DNA of 64,000 bases from an uncultured Thermoleophilia bacterium (GCA_963717965.1 CAVQXS010000003.1:134896-198895), one strand, 5' to 3'; counted from the first letter of the stretch, positions 47,588 to 57,487 are shown. Translations and numbers: made by a program. Notes: generated from the sequence alone by a model not told the origin.

Positions 47588-48051
47588 TGGCGGTCCAGGG
47601 TGACGTCGCCCGCCGGGGTGACGGCGTGACCGGCGACGCCCGCAGCGTCGTCGCCTTCTGCTGCCGCGAGTGCGCCTACGCGGCCGCCGACGCGACCGCG
47701 AACGCGCGCACGCCGCTGCCGCCGACGGTGCGCCTCGTGCTCATGCCGTGTACCGGCCGCGTCAGCCCGCTGCACATCCTGAGCGCACTCGCCGACGGCG
47801 CCGACGGCGTCATGGTCGCCGGCTGCCTCGAGGGCCAGTGTCACTACCGCGAGGGCAACTTCAACGCCATCGACCGGGTCAAGTTCGTGCAGCGCCTGCT
47901 GAAGAGCGTCGGCGTCGAGCCCGACCGCGCGCGCATGTTCACGATGAGCGCCGGCGAGCCGCCCAAGTTCGTCGCCGCCGTCAAGGAGATGGACCGCATC
48001 GTGAAGTCGCTGCCGCCGCTCGAGCGCACCGCCGTGAGGGGGGCCGCCTGA
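47587..48051 (+). CDS. mvhD: MvhD-like (methyl-viologen-reducing hydrogenase delta subunit family) iron-sulfur protein
   Basis: VVAFCCRECAYAAAD...VRLVLMPCTGRVSPLHILSALADGADGVMVAGCLEGQCHYREGN. ATGA overlap with hdrA. Confidence 0.85.
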   Translation: MAVQGDVARRGDGVTGDARSVVAFCCRECAYAAADATANARTPLPPTVRLVLMPCTGRVSPLHILSALADGADGVMVAGCLEGQCHYREGNFNAIDRVKFVQRLLKSVGVEPDRARMFTMSAGEPPKFVAAVKEMDRIVKSLPPLERTAVRGAA

Positions 48052-48494
48052 TGCCGCTCACCAGCCGCGGCCGCGCGATCCTGAGCCGCGTGCCCGGCGG
48101 CTCGCTGCAGAGCACGACCGGCGTCGGCTGCGAGATCGTCCGCCACGAGGAGCTCTGCGTCGGCTGCGGCAAGTGCGCGACGAACTGCCCCTCGGGCGCG
48201 TCGACGCGCGGCGACCTCTTCGACGTGTACCAGTTGCTGGACGCGCCGGCCGACAGTCGCCGGGGCGCGCTCGGCACCGCGCTGCGGCGCATCATGCGCC
48301 ACGAGCCCGACGGCCCCATCGAAGTGCCGCCGCGCGTCACTGTGCTGCGCACCATCGCCTACGACGACGAGAAGTGCCTCGGCTGCGGCACGTGCGTGCG
48401 CGGCTGCCCGGCGGAGGCGATCGAGGCGCGGCCGCCGAAGGCCGATGCCGCGCCGGCAGACGCCGTGCCCGCCCGCGAGGAGGTGCCCGCATGA
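48051..48494 (+). CDS. 2x[4Fe-4S] ferredoxin-domain protein
   Basis: CVGCGKCATNCP and CLGCGTCVRGCP. ATGA-type overlaps at both ends. Confidence 0.75.
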   Translation: MPLTSRGRAILSRVPGGSLQSTTGVGCEIVRHEELCVGCGKCATNCPSGASTRGDLFDVYQLLDAPADSRRGALGTALRRIMRHEPDGPIEVPPRVTVLRTIAYDDEKCLGCGTCVRGCPAEAIEARPPKADAAPADAVPAREEVPA

Positions 48495-50986
48495 ATAGCC
48501 ACCGAAGGCAGGCTATCGAGCGGGGCACCGAAGGAGCACCGCTCTCCTCCTCCAGCGGCGCCGCGCGCCCGCTCGTCCTGCTCTGCGAGTGCGCCGGCAC
48601 GATGAAGAACGTGGACTTCGACCGCCTCGAGGCGCACGCCGGCGAGACGGCGGACACGCTGCGCGGCACGCACTGGTGCAGCCGCGAGGGACAGGCGCAG
48701 CTGCTGGAGCTTATGGAGGCCGGCGACGGACGCCAGCTCGTCTTCGCCGGCTGCTCCGAGGACTTCGCCGCCCGCCGCCTGCACAAGCTGTTCGCGCGCG
48801 GCCTCCAGCTCGAGATCGCCGACATCCGCGAGGGCTGCAGCTGGGTCCACGGCGACGCCGTCGCCGCGGTCACCGACAAGGCGATGCGCATCGTCGACTC
48901 GTCGGTGCAGTACCCGGACGCTCCGGCCGACAGCATGTCCTACGCGGAGCGCCGCGACACCGTGGTCGTGATCGGCGGCGGCGTGGCCGGCACGCAGGCC
49001 GCCGCCGAGCTCGCCAAGATGGGCCATCCGGTCGAGCTCATTGAGCGGCGGCCCTTCCTCGGCGGCCGCGCCGCCCGCATCGGCACCGTCTTCCCCACCA
49101 ACGACTGCGGCCAGTGCCTGCCCGCCGGCGACGCCCAGGCGGGCACGCGCAAGTGCTTCCACCGCAACGTGTCCATCGACCACCCCAACCTGACCATCCG
49201 CCGCCGCGCGACCGTCGAGGCCGTCGGTGGCCATCCCGGCGACTTCGAGGTCAGCGTCCGCCGCCTGCCGAACATCGTCACCGACGCCTGCGTGAACTGC
49301 GGGACCTGCGAGACGGTCTGCGAGGTCGAGTCCTCGGAGCCCGGCCGCAAGGCCATCTTCACCGAGTTCTACGACGGCCGCGTCGTGCGGACCATCGATC
49401 TCGACACCTGCACCTTCTGCGGCAAGTGCGCCGGCGAGTGCCCCGTGGAGGCGATCGACTTCGCCCAGTCGCCGGAGCGCGTCAAGATCCACGCCGGCGC
49501 GATCCTGACGGCCGTGGGCTGCGAGCCGGCGCCCGAGCGGTACTTCTCCGAGTTCCACCCCGACCACGAGAACGTGGTCACGCAGGTCGAGCTCGCCACG
49601 ATGCTCGACGGCTGGGAGGGCCAGGCGTCGCTCGGCCACATGCCGGCGAAGGAGCTGGTCATGATCCAGTGCGCCGGCTCGCGCGACAAGCGCCACCTGC
49701 CGCACTGCTCGCGCCTCTGCTGCATGATCGCCCTCAAGCACGCGATCCGCCTGAGGACCCTCTTCCCCGAGATGAAGGTCACGATCTGCTACCTCGAGAT
49801 GCGGACGGCCGGCGTGGGCTACGAGAACTGGTTCCTCGCCGCGCGCGAGGCCGGCGTCGAGTTCCTTCGCGGCACGCCGCCGGAGGTCCAGTTCGACGCG
49901 GCCGGCAGGCCGGTCATCGAGGTCGAGGACGTGACCGCCGCGCGCAAGCGCGTGCTGCGGCCGGACCTGGTCGTCCTCAGCACGGGCATGGTGCCGGCCG
50001 CGGAGACCGAGCGCCTTGCGCAGACGCTGGGCGTCGAGCGGGACGACGACGGCTTCATCGATATCCTCGATCGCAAGAACCGCGCCACCGAGACCAGCAC
50101 CGAGGGCGTCTTCGTGTGCGGCTCGGCCGCAGGTCCCAAGGCACTCATCGAGGTCAACACCGAGGCGGCGGCCGTCGCCGGCCAGATCCACAGCTTCCTC
50201 ACGTCGACCGGACGCCTTGGCACAGCGGCCTCGCAGGTCGACGCGGCCCAGTGCGTGGGCTGCGACACCTGCATGGCGATGTGCCCCTTTGGCGCCATCA
50301 CGCTTGAGGAGCGGCCGGCGGACGCGCCGCGGCCGGCCGAGGTCAAGGACGACGGCAAGCTCGCCGTCATCGACGCCCAGGTGTGCCGCGCCTGCGGCAT
50401 CTGCGCCGCCAACTGCCCCGAGGTCGCCATCGCGCACAACCTCGCCGACGACGCCCTGTTCGGCCGCATCGCGCTGATGAGCGAGGGCGTCGAGCGGCCG
50501 GTCATCGGCTTCTACTGCAAGGAGTGCGCCGGCGCCGCGATCGGCCTGAGCGGCCAGCACCGCGACCACTACCCGGAGAACGTGCGCCTCATCGAGCTGC
50601 CGTGCCTGGGCCGTGTCAGCGCGCTGCACATCGTCGAGGCGGCCCGCCTCGGCGCGGCCGGCGTGTTCCTCGCCGGCTGCGCGGAAGGCCGCTGCCAGTA
50701 CCGCAGCGGCGACACGAGCGCCCTCGAGCAGATGAGGATCGCCGACGAGGTGCTGGCCGAGAGCGGCGCCCCGCTGCCGCTCGAGCTCTGGCACCTCTGC
50801 GCCGTCGACCGCCTCAGCGTGGGCCGGCGCATCCGCCTGTTCGCCGCGAGAGCGGCCGGCGACGAGCTCTCGCTCGAGACGCTCGAGCGCGAGATGGAGC
50901 TGATCGGCGCCGGACCCGGCGCCCTTGCGGGCGCCGCCACCGGCGCCGCCTGCGCGGGAGGTGAGCGCTGTGGCCACGTCGCCTGA
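48491..50986 (+). CDS. hdrA: HdrA-like flavoprotein fused to a C-terminal MvhD domain
   Basis: LVLLCECAGTM...FAGCSEDFAARR...REGCSWVH. VVIGGGVAGTQAA...FPTNDCGQCLP. CVNCGTCETVC, CTFCGKCAGECP, IQCAGSRD...HCSRLCC, CVGCDTCMAMCP, CRACGICAANCP. MvhD part: IGFYCKECAGAA...LIELPCLGRVSALHIVEAARLGAAGVFLAGCAEGRCQY. Confidence 0.85.
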   Translation: MNSHRRQAIERGTEGAPLSSSSGAARPLVLLCECAGTMKNVDFDRLEAHAGETADTLRGTHWCSREGQAQLLELMEAGDGRQLVFAGCSEDFAARRLHKLFARGLQLEIADIREGCSWVHGDAVAAVTDKAMRIVDSSVQYPDAPADSMSYAERRDTVVVIGGGVAGTQAAAELAKMGHPVELIERRPFLGGRAARIGTVFPTNDCGQCLPAGDAQAGTRKCFHRNVSIDHPNLTIRRRATVEAVGGHPGDFEVSVRRLPNIVTDACVNCGTCETVCEVESSEPGRKAIFTEFYDGRVVRTIDLDTCTFCGKCAGECPVEAIDFAQSPERVKIHAGAILTAVGCEPAPERYFSEFHPDHENVVTQVELATMLDGWEGQASLGHMPAKELVMIQCAGSRDKRHLPHCSRLCCMIALKHAIRLRTLFPEMKVTICYLEMRTAGVGYENWFLAAREAGVEFLRGTPPEVQFDAAGRPVIEVEDVTAARKRVLRPDLVVLSTGMVPAAETERLAQTLGVERDDDGFIDILDRKNRATETSTEGVFVCGSAAGPKALIEVNTEAAAVAGQIHSFLTSTGRLGTAASQVDAAQCVGCDTCMAMCPFGAITLEERPADAPRPAEVKDDGKLAVIDAQVCRACGICAANCPEVAIAHNLADDALFGRIALMSEGVERPVIGFYCKECAGAAIGLSGQHRDHYPENVRLIELPCLGRVSALHIVEAARLGAAGVFLAGCAEGRCQYRSGDTSALEQMRIADEVLAESGAPLPLELWHLCAVDRLSVGRRIRLFAARAAGDELSLETLEREMELIGAGPGALAGAATGAACAGGERCGHVA

Positions 50987-52148
50987 GACCGTCACGCAGT
51001 CGCGCGCGGTGATCGACGCGTTCAAGCAGCTCGCCGCCGAGTGTGCGCCGTGCTACCAGTGCGGCACCTGCACCTCGAGCTGCCCGAGCGGCCGCGAGCT
51101 CTACCGCGGGCCGCGGCGCCTCGTGCGGCTCATCCTCGCCGGTGAGATCGAGGCCGTCCTCAAGAGCGACGACCTCTGGCGCTGCACCGAGTGCGGCACC
51201 TGCACCGACGTCTGCCGCATGGAGATCGACGTGGCCGGCGTGCTGCACCGGCTCCGCCGGCTGGAGCGGGAGCACGGCAGCGCCATCCGCTGCGCCGAGC
51301 GCTCGGCCGCCGACGTCGCCACCGAGCATCTGCGCAGGCGACCGCGCATCGACAACCTGCGCTTCGGTGCGGCCATGGTCGCTAGGGGCCACGTGCCCAA
51401 GGACAAGATCGGCGCCGCCGAGATGGGCGTCAAGATGGCCCGGCAGCTGGTGCCGGGAGGGAAGAAGCGGCCGGCGGGCGAAGCCGTCCCGGCCGCCGGC
51501 GGCGTCGCGCTGCCGTTCTACGCCGGTTGCGCGCTCCCGCAAGACCACGAGCTGCGCGCCTTGGTTGATGAGGTGGCCGCAGGCTTCGGCGTCCGCCTCG
51601 AGGAGGCGGCGGACGCCGGCTGCTGCGGCCACCCGAGCCGCGGCGCCGTCGGCACGCAGTTCACCACCGGCGACACCGTCTACACGGCCTGCCCGGCCTG
51701 CGACGCCAGCCTCGAGGAGGCCGGCGTCCCGACCGTGCCGCTGTGGGACGCGCTCACCGACCGGGCGCGGCGCACGGACGCCGGCCTGCGGGCCGCGTCG
51801 GCCTCCTTCGTCCCCTACGTGGGCTGCCTCACCGACCGCGACGCGGCCCTAGCCGCCCTCGACGACGCCGCCGAGCTGGCCGGCGCGACCATGAAGGTCG
51901 CCTACCCGACGCTTCACAACGGCTGCTGCGGCGCGCTCGGCGGCATGTACCGCGGCGCCACCAAGGCCAGCGCCATGCTGCTCGAGTTCGCGTCCGGCAC
52001 CGGCGCCCCTGTGGTCACGCCGTGCGTCCTCTGCCGCGACAACCTGCGCTCCGCCGCGCGTGAGCTCAAGCTCGCCGTCCCCGTCCACTTCTGGCCCGAG
52101 TTCTTCCGGGCTGCACCGACCGCCCCGGAGGTCACGACCGATGCCTGA
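50970..52148 (+). CDS. HdrC::HdrB fusion protein (2x[4Fe-4S] N-terminus plus two canonical CCG domains)
   Basis: CYQCGTCTSSCP and CTECGTCTDVCR. Then YAGC...AGCCGHP...CPAC and VGC...NGCCGALGG...CVLC. GTG start behind GGAGGTG. Confidence 0.8.
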   Translation: MATSPETVTQSRAVIDAFKQLAAECAPCYQCGTCTSSCPSGRELYRGPRRLVRLILAGEIEAVLKSDDLWRCTECGTCTDVCRMEIDVAGVLHRLRRLEREHGSAIRCAERSAADVATEHLRRRPRIDNLRFGAAMVARGHVPKDKIGAAEMGVKMARQLVPGGKKRPAGEAVPAAGGVALPFYAGCALPQDHELRALVDEVAAGFGVRLEEAADAGCCGHPSRGAVGTQFTTGDTVYTACPACDASLEEAGVPTVPLWDALTDRARRTDAGLRAASASFVPYVGCLTDRDAALAALDDAAELAGATMKVAYPTLHNGCCGALGGMYRGATKASAMLLEFASGTGAPVVTPCVLCRDNLRSAARELKLAVPVHFWPEFFRAAPTAPEVTTDA

Positions 52149-52872
52149 CGACAAGACCGCAAAGGACGACGCCGTCGCCACGGCCAAGGCCGGCAAGGCC
52201 ATCGCGCCCGAGGAGGACGGCCCCAATCTCGACAACCCCTACGCGCACATCGCCGAGACGTCGTTCAAGGGCCGCTCCGAGGCCCGCGAGGACCTCGTCG
52301 AGCGGATCATGAACGACCCGCGCATGCACGACCACAAGGACGGCTTCCAGAGCTGCATCCAGTGCGGCATCTGCACGTCGGGCTGCCCGGCGGCCCGCTT
52401 CACGGACTACGTCCCGCGTGAAGTGGCGCGCCGCGCCCTCGAGGGCGACCCCACCCTGCTCGAGGACGACACCGTCTGGTTCTGCTACTACTGCTACACC
52501 TGCCAGAGCCGCTGCCCGCGCAAGAACAGCGTCGCCGTGATCAACCAGATCGTGCGCAGCATGCAGGTCGAGAGCGGCTACGGCGTCAAGCACGTCGAGA
52601 TGTTCGCCGCCTGGGGCGAGCAGTTCTACGACAAGGGCATGGGCGGCACGCCGCACGTCTTCTTCAGCGCCATCGCCGAGGCCTGGGGGCCGAAGTGGAA
52701 GGAGTTCATCGCGAGCCGCGACGCGATGCGCGAGGAGATGGGTCTCGGCGGGATGTATCCGGCAGAGGAGGCGGTCAAGGAAGTCCAGGTGATCATGGAG
52801 GACACCGGCTTCTTCGACCGCGTCAAGAGCGTGGGCGGCTGGAAGGACCACGAGCCGAACAAGCTCAAGTAG
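52141..52872 (+). CDS. hdrC: HdrC-like 2x[4Fe-4S] protein
   Basis: CIQCGICTSGCP...FCYYCYTCQSRCP. 8-nt overlap with the upstream gene. Confidence 0.8.
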   Translation: MPDDKTAKDDAVATAKAGKAIAPEEDGPNLDNPYAHIAETSFKGRSEAREDLVERIMNDPRMHDHKDGFQSCIQCGICTSGCPAARFTDYVPREVARRALEGDPTLLEDDTVWFCYYCYTCQSRCPRKNSVAVINQIVRSMQVESGYGVKHVEMFAAWGEQFYDKGMGGTPHVFFSAIAEAWGPKWKEFIASRDAMREEMGLGGMYPAEEAVKEVQVIMEDTGFFDRVKSVGGWKDHEPNKLK

Positions 52873-52980
52873 CGCGGCCGGCGCCGGCCGGCGCCGATAC
52901 GACTACCACAAAAGGGCCGGGCGGGACGATGTGTCCCGCCCGGCCCTTCGCGCCGTACGCCGCCGTCGTGCGCGGTCCGC

Positions 52981-53514
52981 TCAGGCGGCCCGCGTCTGCG
53001 GCGGCTTCATGAATCCCGCGATGATGCGCAGGATGCCGAGCGCCACCAGGTAGACGCCCACCACCCAGAGCAGCGCCAGGACGCCGGTGACCGGGTGGAC
53101 GAAGAAGTAGATGCCGACGCCGATGCCGAGTAGCCCCACGATCACGAGCCAGATGCGCTGGCCCCCGCTGATGCCGCCGGCGAAGGCGCCAAGGAGGTCG
53201 GCGATGCCGCTGATGATGGCCCACGCGGCGATGATGTAGAGGACCGCCAGGCTCGTGGCGCCCGGCCACGCGAGCGTGACGATCCCCATGATGACGGCGA
53301 GCAAGCCGACGGCGATCGCCCAGCCCCCGCCTTCGGCGCGACCGGCGATCCCCGAGATGACCAGGAAGACGCCGTAGACGATCGTGAAGATCCCGACCAG
53401 CCAGATGATGGTGGCGAGGCTCAGTCCGGGCTGGGCGAGAAGGATCCCGCCGAGCACGATCATGAGCAGGCCGGTGATGATGGACAACGCCATCCAGGCG
53501 CCTCTGCTCTGCAT
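52981..53514 (-). CDS. HdeD/DUF308 family membrane protein
   Basis: 177 aa with six transmembrane-like repeats: GILLAQPGLSLATIIWLVGIFTIVYGVFLVISGI... Confidence 0.75.
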   Translation of the reverse strand: MQSRGAWMALSIITGLLMIVLGGILLAQPGLSLATIIWLVGIFTIVYGVFLVISGIAGRAEGGGWAIAVGLLAVIMGIVTLAWPGATSLAVLYIIAAWAIISGIADLLGAFAGGISGGQRIWLVIVGLLGIGVGIYFFVHPVTGVLALLWVVGVYLVALGILRIIAGFMKPPQTRAA

Positions 53515-53568
53515 TTCTGTCTCCTCTGTCGTTCCGGCGCGCGCTCGACGACCCGGCGCCCGCACTGA

Positions 53569-54534
53569 GTGGTTCGCCGCCGGCGGCGCGTCGCCTCCAA
53601 CCGGTCGGCGCCGACGTGCGATAGGCTTGCCGCGACCCACGACGTGGGAGGGCAGTTGGGCTCCAGCGAGGGGACGGCGGCGCGGGTGTGGCGCGAGGTG
53701 GTCGCGTTGGTGCAGACCGTGCTCGCCCACGACCTCCCCAAGCTCGCCGCCGGCCTCACCTACTTCACAGTCCTCTCGCTGCTTCCGGCGCTCATCGTCG
53801 TGGTCGCCCTGCTGGGCCTCGTCGGCCTCTCGTCCGACACCGTGACCGCGCTGCTCGACACGCTCGGCGAGCTCGGCGCCACGTGGGCGGCGGACTTCGT
53901 CTCCGCCGCCCTCGGCTCCGTGCTCGGCTCGCAGAGCTCGGGCCTGGTCCTCCTGATCAGCTTCCTGACCTCGCTCTGGGCGGCCTCGGCCTATGTCGGC
54001 GCCTTCATGTGGGCGTCCGACGGCATCTACCGCGTCGAGGCGCGGCGCCCGTTCTGGAAGAGCCTCCCGCTGCGCGTCGGCCTCGCGCTCCTGCTCCTGG
54101 TGCTGCTGTCCCTGACGGCGGCGGTGATGGCCTTCGTCGGCCCTCTCGGCCGCTGGGTCCTCGACCTCAGCGGGATCGGGTCCGGCCCCCTGAACCTCTG
54201 GTCCTGGATCAAGTGGCCGCTGCTGATCGGCCTGGGACTCCTGCTGTTCGCGGTGCTGTACCGGTTCACACCGTCCAGGCGCCAGCCCGCCCTGTGGCGG
54301 CTCCTGCCCGGCGCCGTCGCCGGCGTCGCCCTCTGGGTCCTCGCCTCCGTGGGGTTCAGCATCTACCTCGACCACTTCGCCTCGTACAACCGCGTCTACG
54401 GCACGCTGGGTGCCGGTGTGGCTTTCCTCGTGTGGGCGTGGGTCATGAACCTCGCCCTGCTGGTCGGCGTCGAGGTCAACCGCGAGGTCGAGGAGCGCCA
54501 CGCCCGGGACCCCGGCGCCGACTCCGGCGTATAA
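53569..54534 (+). CDS. YihY/BrkB family membrane protein; start uncertain
   Basis: LAAGLTYFTVLSLLPALIVVVALLG...YVGAFMWASDGIY...YGTLGAGVAFLVWAWVMNLALLVGVEVN. Confidence 0.8.
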   Translation: MVRRRRRVASNRSAPTCDRLAATHDVGGQLGSSEGTAARVWREVVALVQTVLAHDLPKLAAGLTYFTVLSLLPALIVVVALLGLVGLSSDTVTALLDTLGELGATWAADFVSAALGSVLGSQSSGLVLLISFLTSLWAASAYVGAFMWASDGIYRVEARRPFWKSLPLRVGLALLLLVLLSLTAAVMAFVGPLGRWVLDLSGIGSGPLNLWSWIKWPLLIGLGLLLFAVLYRFTPSRRQPALWRLLPGAVAGVALWVLASVGFSIYLDHFASYNRVYGTLGAGVAFLVWAWVMNLALLVGVEVNREVEERHARDPGADSGV

Positions 54535-54569
54535 TCGGGGCCCACGCCAACCGACCTTCCGGTGACCCC

Positions 54570-55499
54570 ATGCCCGAGCTGAACGAACTCCAGAGAGAAC
54601 TCCGTCGCCTCGCCGCCGAGCGCGACGTCGTGATCCTCGCCCACAACTACCAGCGCCCCGAGGTCCAGGACGCCGCCGACTACACCGGCGACTCGCTCGA
54701 GCTCTCGCGCATCGCCCAGAAGGACGAGCGCAGCGTCATCCTCTTCTGCGGCGTGCACTTCATGGCGGAGACCGCCTACATCCTCTCGCCGCACAAGACC
54801 GTCCTCATGCCCGACAAGCGCGCCGGCTGCCCGATGGCCGACATGGTCACGGTGCACGGGCTGCGCGAGCTCAAGAAGCAGCACCCAGACGCGGTGGTCG
54901 TCGCCTACGTCAACACCTCGGCCGACATCAAGGCCGAGACCGACGTCTGCTGCACCAGCGCCAACGCCGTCCAGATCGTGGAGCGGTTCCCCAAGGACCA
55001 GAAGATCATCTTCGTGCCCGACAGGAACCTCGGCGACTACGTCGCCCGCCAGACCGGCCGCGAGGAGACGATGATCCTCTGGCAGGGCTGGTGCCACGTG
55101 CACGACGACTTCCGCGCCGCCGAGATCGAACAGATCCGCGCCGAGTATCCCGGCAGCGTGCTCATGGCACATCCGGAGAGCCGGCGCGAGGTGCTCGAGA
55201 TCGCCGACGTCGTCACCAGCACCTCGGGCATGCTCCGCTACCCGGCGACGAGCGACGCGACGACCTTCGTCGTCGCCACCGAGACGGGGCTCCTCTACCG
55301 GCTGGGCGTGCTCTACCCGGACAAGAAGTTCCTCCCCGCCTCGAGCCAGGCCGTCTGCCCGAACATGAAGCGCACCACACTGGAGAAGTGCGTCGCCACC
55401 CTCAGCGACGAGTGGGACGACGTGCTCGACCACGAGGTCACCGTGGGCGAGCACACACGCCTCAAGGCGCTCCAGGCCGTGGAGCGGATGCTCGCGTAG
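54570..55499 (+). CDS. nadA: Quinolinate synthase
   Basis: VILAHNYQRPEVQD.AD..GDSLELS...FCGVHFMAETA...GCPMAD...YVNTSA..KA..DVCCTSANA...HPE....CPNMK. Confidence 0.92.
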   Translation: MPELNELQRELRRLAAERDVVILAHNYQRPEVQDAADYTGDSLELSRIAQKDERSVILFCGVHFMAETAYILSPHKTVLMPDKRAGCPMADMVTVHGLRELKKQHPDAVVVAYVNTSADIKAETDVCCTSANAVQIVERFPKDQKIIFVPDRNLGDYVARQTGREETMILWQGWCHVHDDFRAAEIEQIRAEYPGSVLMAHPESRREVLEIADVVTSTSGMLRYPATSDATTFVVATETGLLYRLGVLYPDKKFLPASSQAVCPNMKRTTLEKCVATLSDEWDDVLDHEVTVGEHTRLKALQAVERMLA

Positions 55500-55526
55500 C
55501 GGCGAGAGGCCGAGGCACGTTCACTG

Positions 55527-56021
55527 ATGCGCCTGGAACTGCCCGAGCACCTGAGCGAGTACACGGCGAGAGCGGCCACCCTTGACGACGCCCCCGGGGT
55601 GGCCGCATGCGTCCACGCCGCCTACCGGCACTACGTCGCCCGCAACGGCATGATCCCCGTGCCGATGCGCCTGGACTACGAAGACGTCATCCGTACCTCC
55701 CCCGTCACGGTCGTGGAGCACGGCGGCGGCGTCGTCGGCGTACTCGTGCTCACGGTCGGGACCGAAGGCTTCCTGCTCGACAACATCGCCGTCCAGCCGG
55801 CCCACCAGGGGAAGGGACTGGGCAGGTGCCTCCTCGGCTACGCCGAGTCGGAGGCGGTCCGCCAAGGCTTCGGCTCGATCTACCTCTTCGCGCAAGAGGT
55901 GATGACTGAGAACATCGCCCTCTACGAGCGGGCCGGCTACGTCGAGTACGCGCGGCGCACCGAGCTCGGGCTGCACCGCGTCTACCTGCGCAAGCAGCTC
56001 GCACGGACCGCGCCGGGCTGA
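55527..56021 (+). CDS. GNAT family N-acetyltransferase
   Basis: LDNIAVQPAHQGKGLGRCLLGYAE...ENIALYERAGY. Confidence 0.8.
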   Translation: MRLELPEHLSEYTARAATLDDAPGVAACVHAAYRHYVARNGMIPVPMRLDYEDVIRTSPVTVVEHGGGVVGVLVLTVGTEGFLLDNIAVQPAHQGKGLGRCLLGYAESEAVRQGFGSIYLFAQEVMTENIALYERAGYVEYARRTELGLHRVYLRKQLARTAPG

Positions 56022-56130
56022 GGCTGCCCGCGTCCCGCCGGCAGCCGGGGACGGCTTCGACGGCCGGTTGTAGACTTGTCCGCGGATGCGGCCCCGCCCG
56101 AGACGGCCACTGCAACAGAGAGGAAGCACG

Positions 56131-57468
56131 ATGGATGACGACGCCGTCGCACCGGCGCCCCTCCCCCTGGACTGGGACACCGAAGCCGTCGCCGAGCGCC
56201 GACGCCGGTTCCTCTCCCCCGCTCTGGGCACCTTCCTCACGTACGACCAGCCGGTGGTGTGGCGGCGCGGCGAGGGCCAGTATCTATGGGACAACCACGG
56301 GCGGCGCTTTCTCGACTGCATGGCCCAGAACGTCTGCATCAGCGTCGGCCACGCGCATCCAGGCGTGCTGGCCGCGGTGCGCGAGCAGATGGAGCAGCTT
56401 CCGCACATCACGACCGCCTACCACCACCCGCAACCGGGCCACTTCGCCGAGGAGCTGATCGCCCGCCTGCCGCAGGGACCCGACTGGGTGGCGCACTTCG
56501 TGAACAGCGGCGCCGAGGCGGTCGACCTCGCCGTGCTCCTCGCCCGCGCCTCCACCCGCAACTACGAGCTGCTCGCGCTGCGCGACGCGTACCACGGCAT
56601 GCACTACGGGGCGCAGACGGCCACGGGGATCGGTCACGCGCGGCAGCTCGTGCCGCCGGCGCCGGGCTACGTGCAGGTCATGGCGCCGCACCCGTACCGG
56701 GGGCCCTTCGGCGCCGAGGCGGCGCCGTACCTCGAGGAGCTGCAGCGCACGCTGCAGACGAACACGAACGGCGCCGTCGCCGGCCTCATCGCCGAGCCCA
56801 TCCAGGGCTACGGCGGCATCGTCGAGATGCCCGAGGGCTGGCTGCGCGGCGCCGCCGAGCAGGTCCGCGCGGCGGGCGGCCTGCTGATCGTGGACGAAGT
56901 GCAGACCGGCTTCGCCCGGACGGGCACGCACTTCTGGGGCTTCGCGGCCCACGAAGTGGTGCCCGACGTGATCGTCATGTCCAAGGGCATCGGCAACGGC
57001 TTCCCGCTCGCCGCCGTCGTCACGCGGCGCGAGATCGCCGAGGGCATGGCGACGCGGATGTTCTTCAATACCTACGGCGCCAACCCGACGTGCTGCGCCG
57101 CGGGACGGGCCGTGCTGCGCGCCATCGCCGAGGAGGGCCTGCAGGCCAACGCCGAGCACGTCGGCGGCATCATCCTGGGAGGCCTGCGCGAGCTCCAGAC
57201 GCGCCACGAGCAGCTCGGCGACGCCCGTGGCCGAGGCCTGCTGATCGGCGCGGAGATCATCAGGGAGCGTGAGTCGCGCGCCGCCGACGCGAACGCCGCC
57301 GAGCGCGTCCAGCTGGCGCTGCTCGCGCGCGGCGTGGTCGTCGGCCTCTGCGGCCGCGAGCACAACGTCGTCAAGATCAACCCACCGCTCTGCGTGAGCG
57401 CGGACGACGCGGCGTCGTTCCTCCAGGCGATGGACGAGGCCCTGGACGAAGCGCTGGCCGCGAGGTGA
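56131..57468 (+). CDS. Class III pyridoxal-phosphate-dependent aminotransferase
   Basis: FVNSGAEAVDLAV...DAYHG...LIVDEVQTGFARTG...DVIVMSKGIGNGFPLAAV. Confidence 0.88.
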   Translation: MDDDAVAPAPLPLDWDTEAVAERRRRFLSPALGTFLTYDQPVVWRRGEGQYLWDNHGRRFLDCMAQNVCISVGHAHPGVLAAVREQMEQLPHITTAYHHPQPGHFAEELIARLPQGPDWVAHFVNSGAEAVDLAVLLARASTRNYELLALRDAYHGMHYGAQTATGIGHARQLVPPAPGYVQVMAPHPYRGPFGAEAAPYLEELQRTLQTNTNGAVAGLIAEPIQGYGGIVEMPEGWLRGAAEQVRAAGGLLIVDEVQTGFARTGTHFWGFAAHEVVPDVIVMSKGIGNGFPLAAVVTRREIAEGMATRMFFNTYGANPTCCAAGRAVLRAIAEEGLQANAEHVGGIILGGLRELQTRHEQLGDARGRGLLIGAEIIRERESRAADANAAERVQLALLARGVVVGLCGREHNVVKINPPLCVSADDAASFLQAMDEALDEALAAR

Positions 57469-57487
57469 CCCCGGACCCGCTGCTGAC

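Noticed and set aside
43269-52872. Reading the Hdr-like cluster as a sulfur-oxidising sHdr system.
   Set aside because: No lipoate-binding protein (LbpA), DsrE/TusA sulfur relay or lipoate-assembly genes lie in or next to the operon. The cluster also contains MvhD domains and an NAD(P)H module, which are not part of sHdr loci as I know them.
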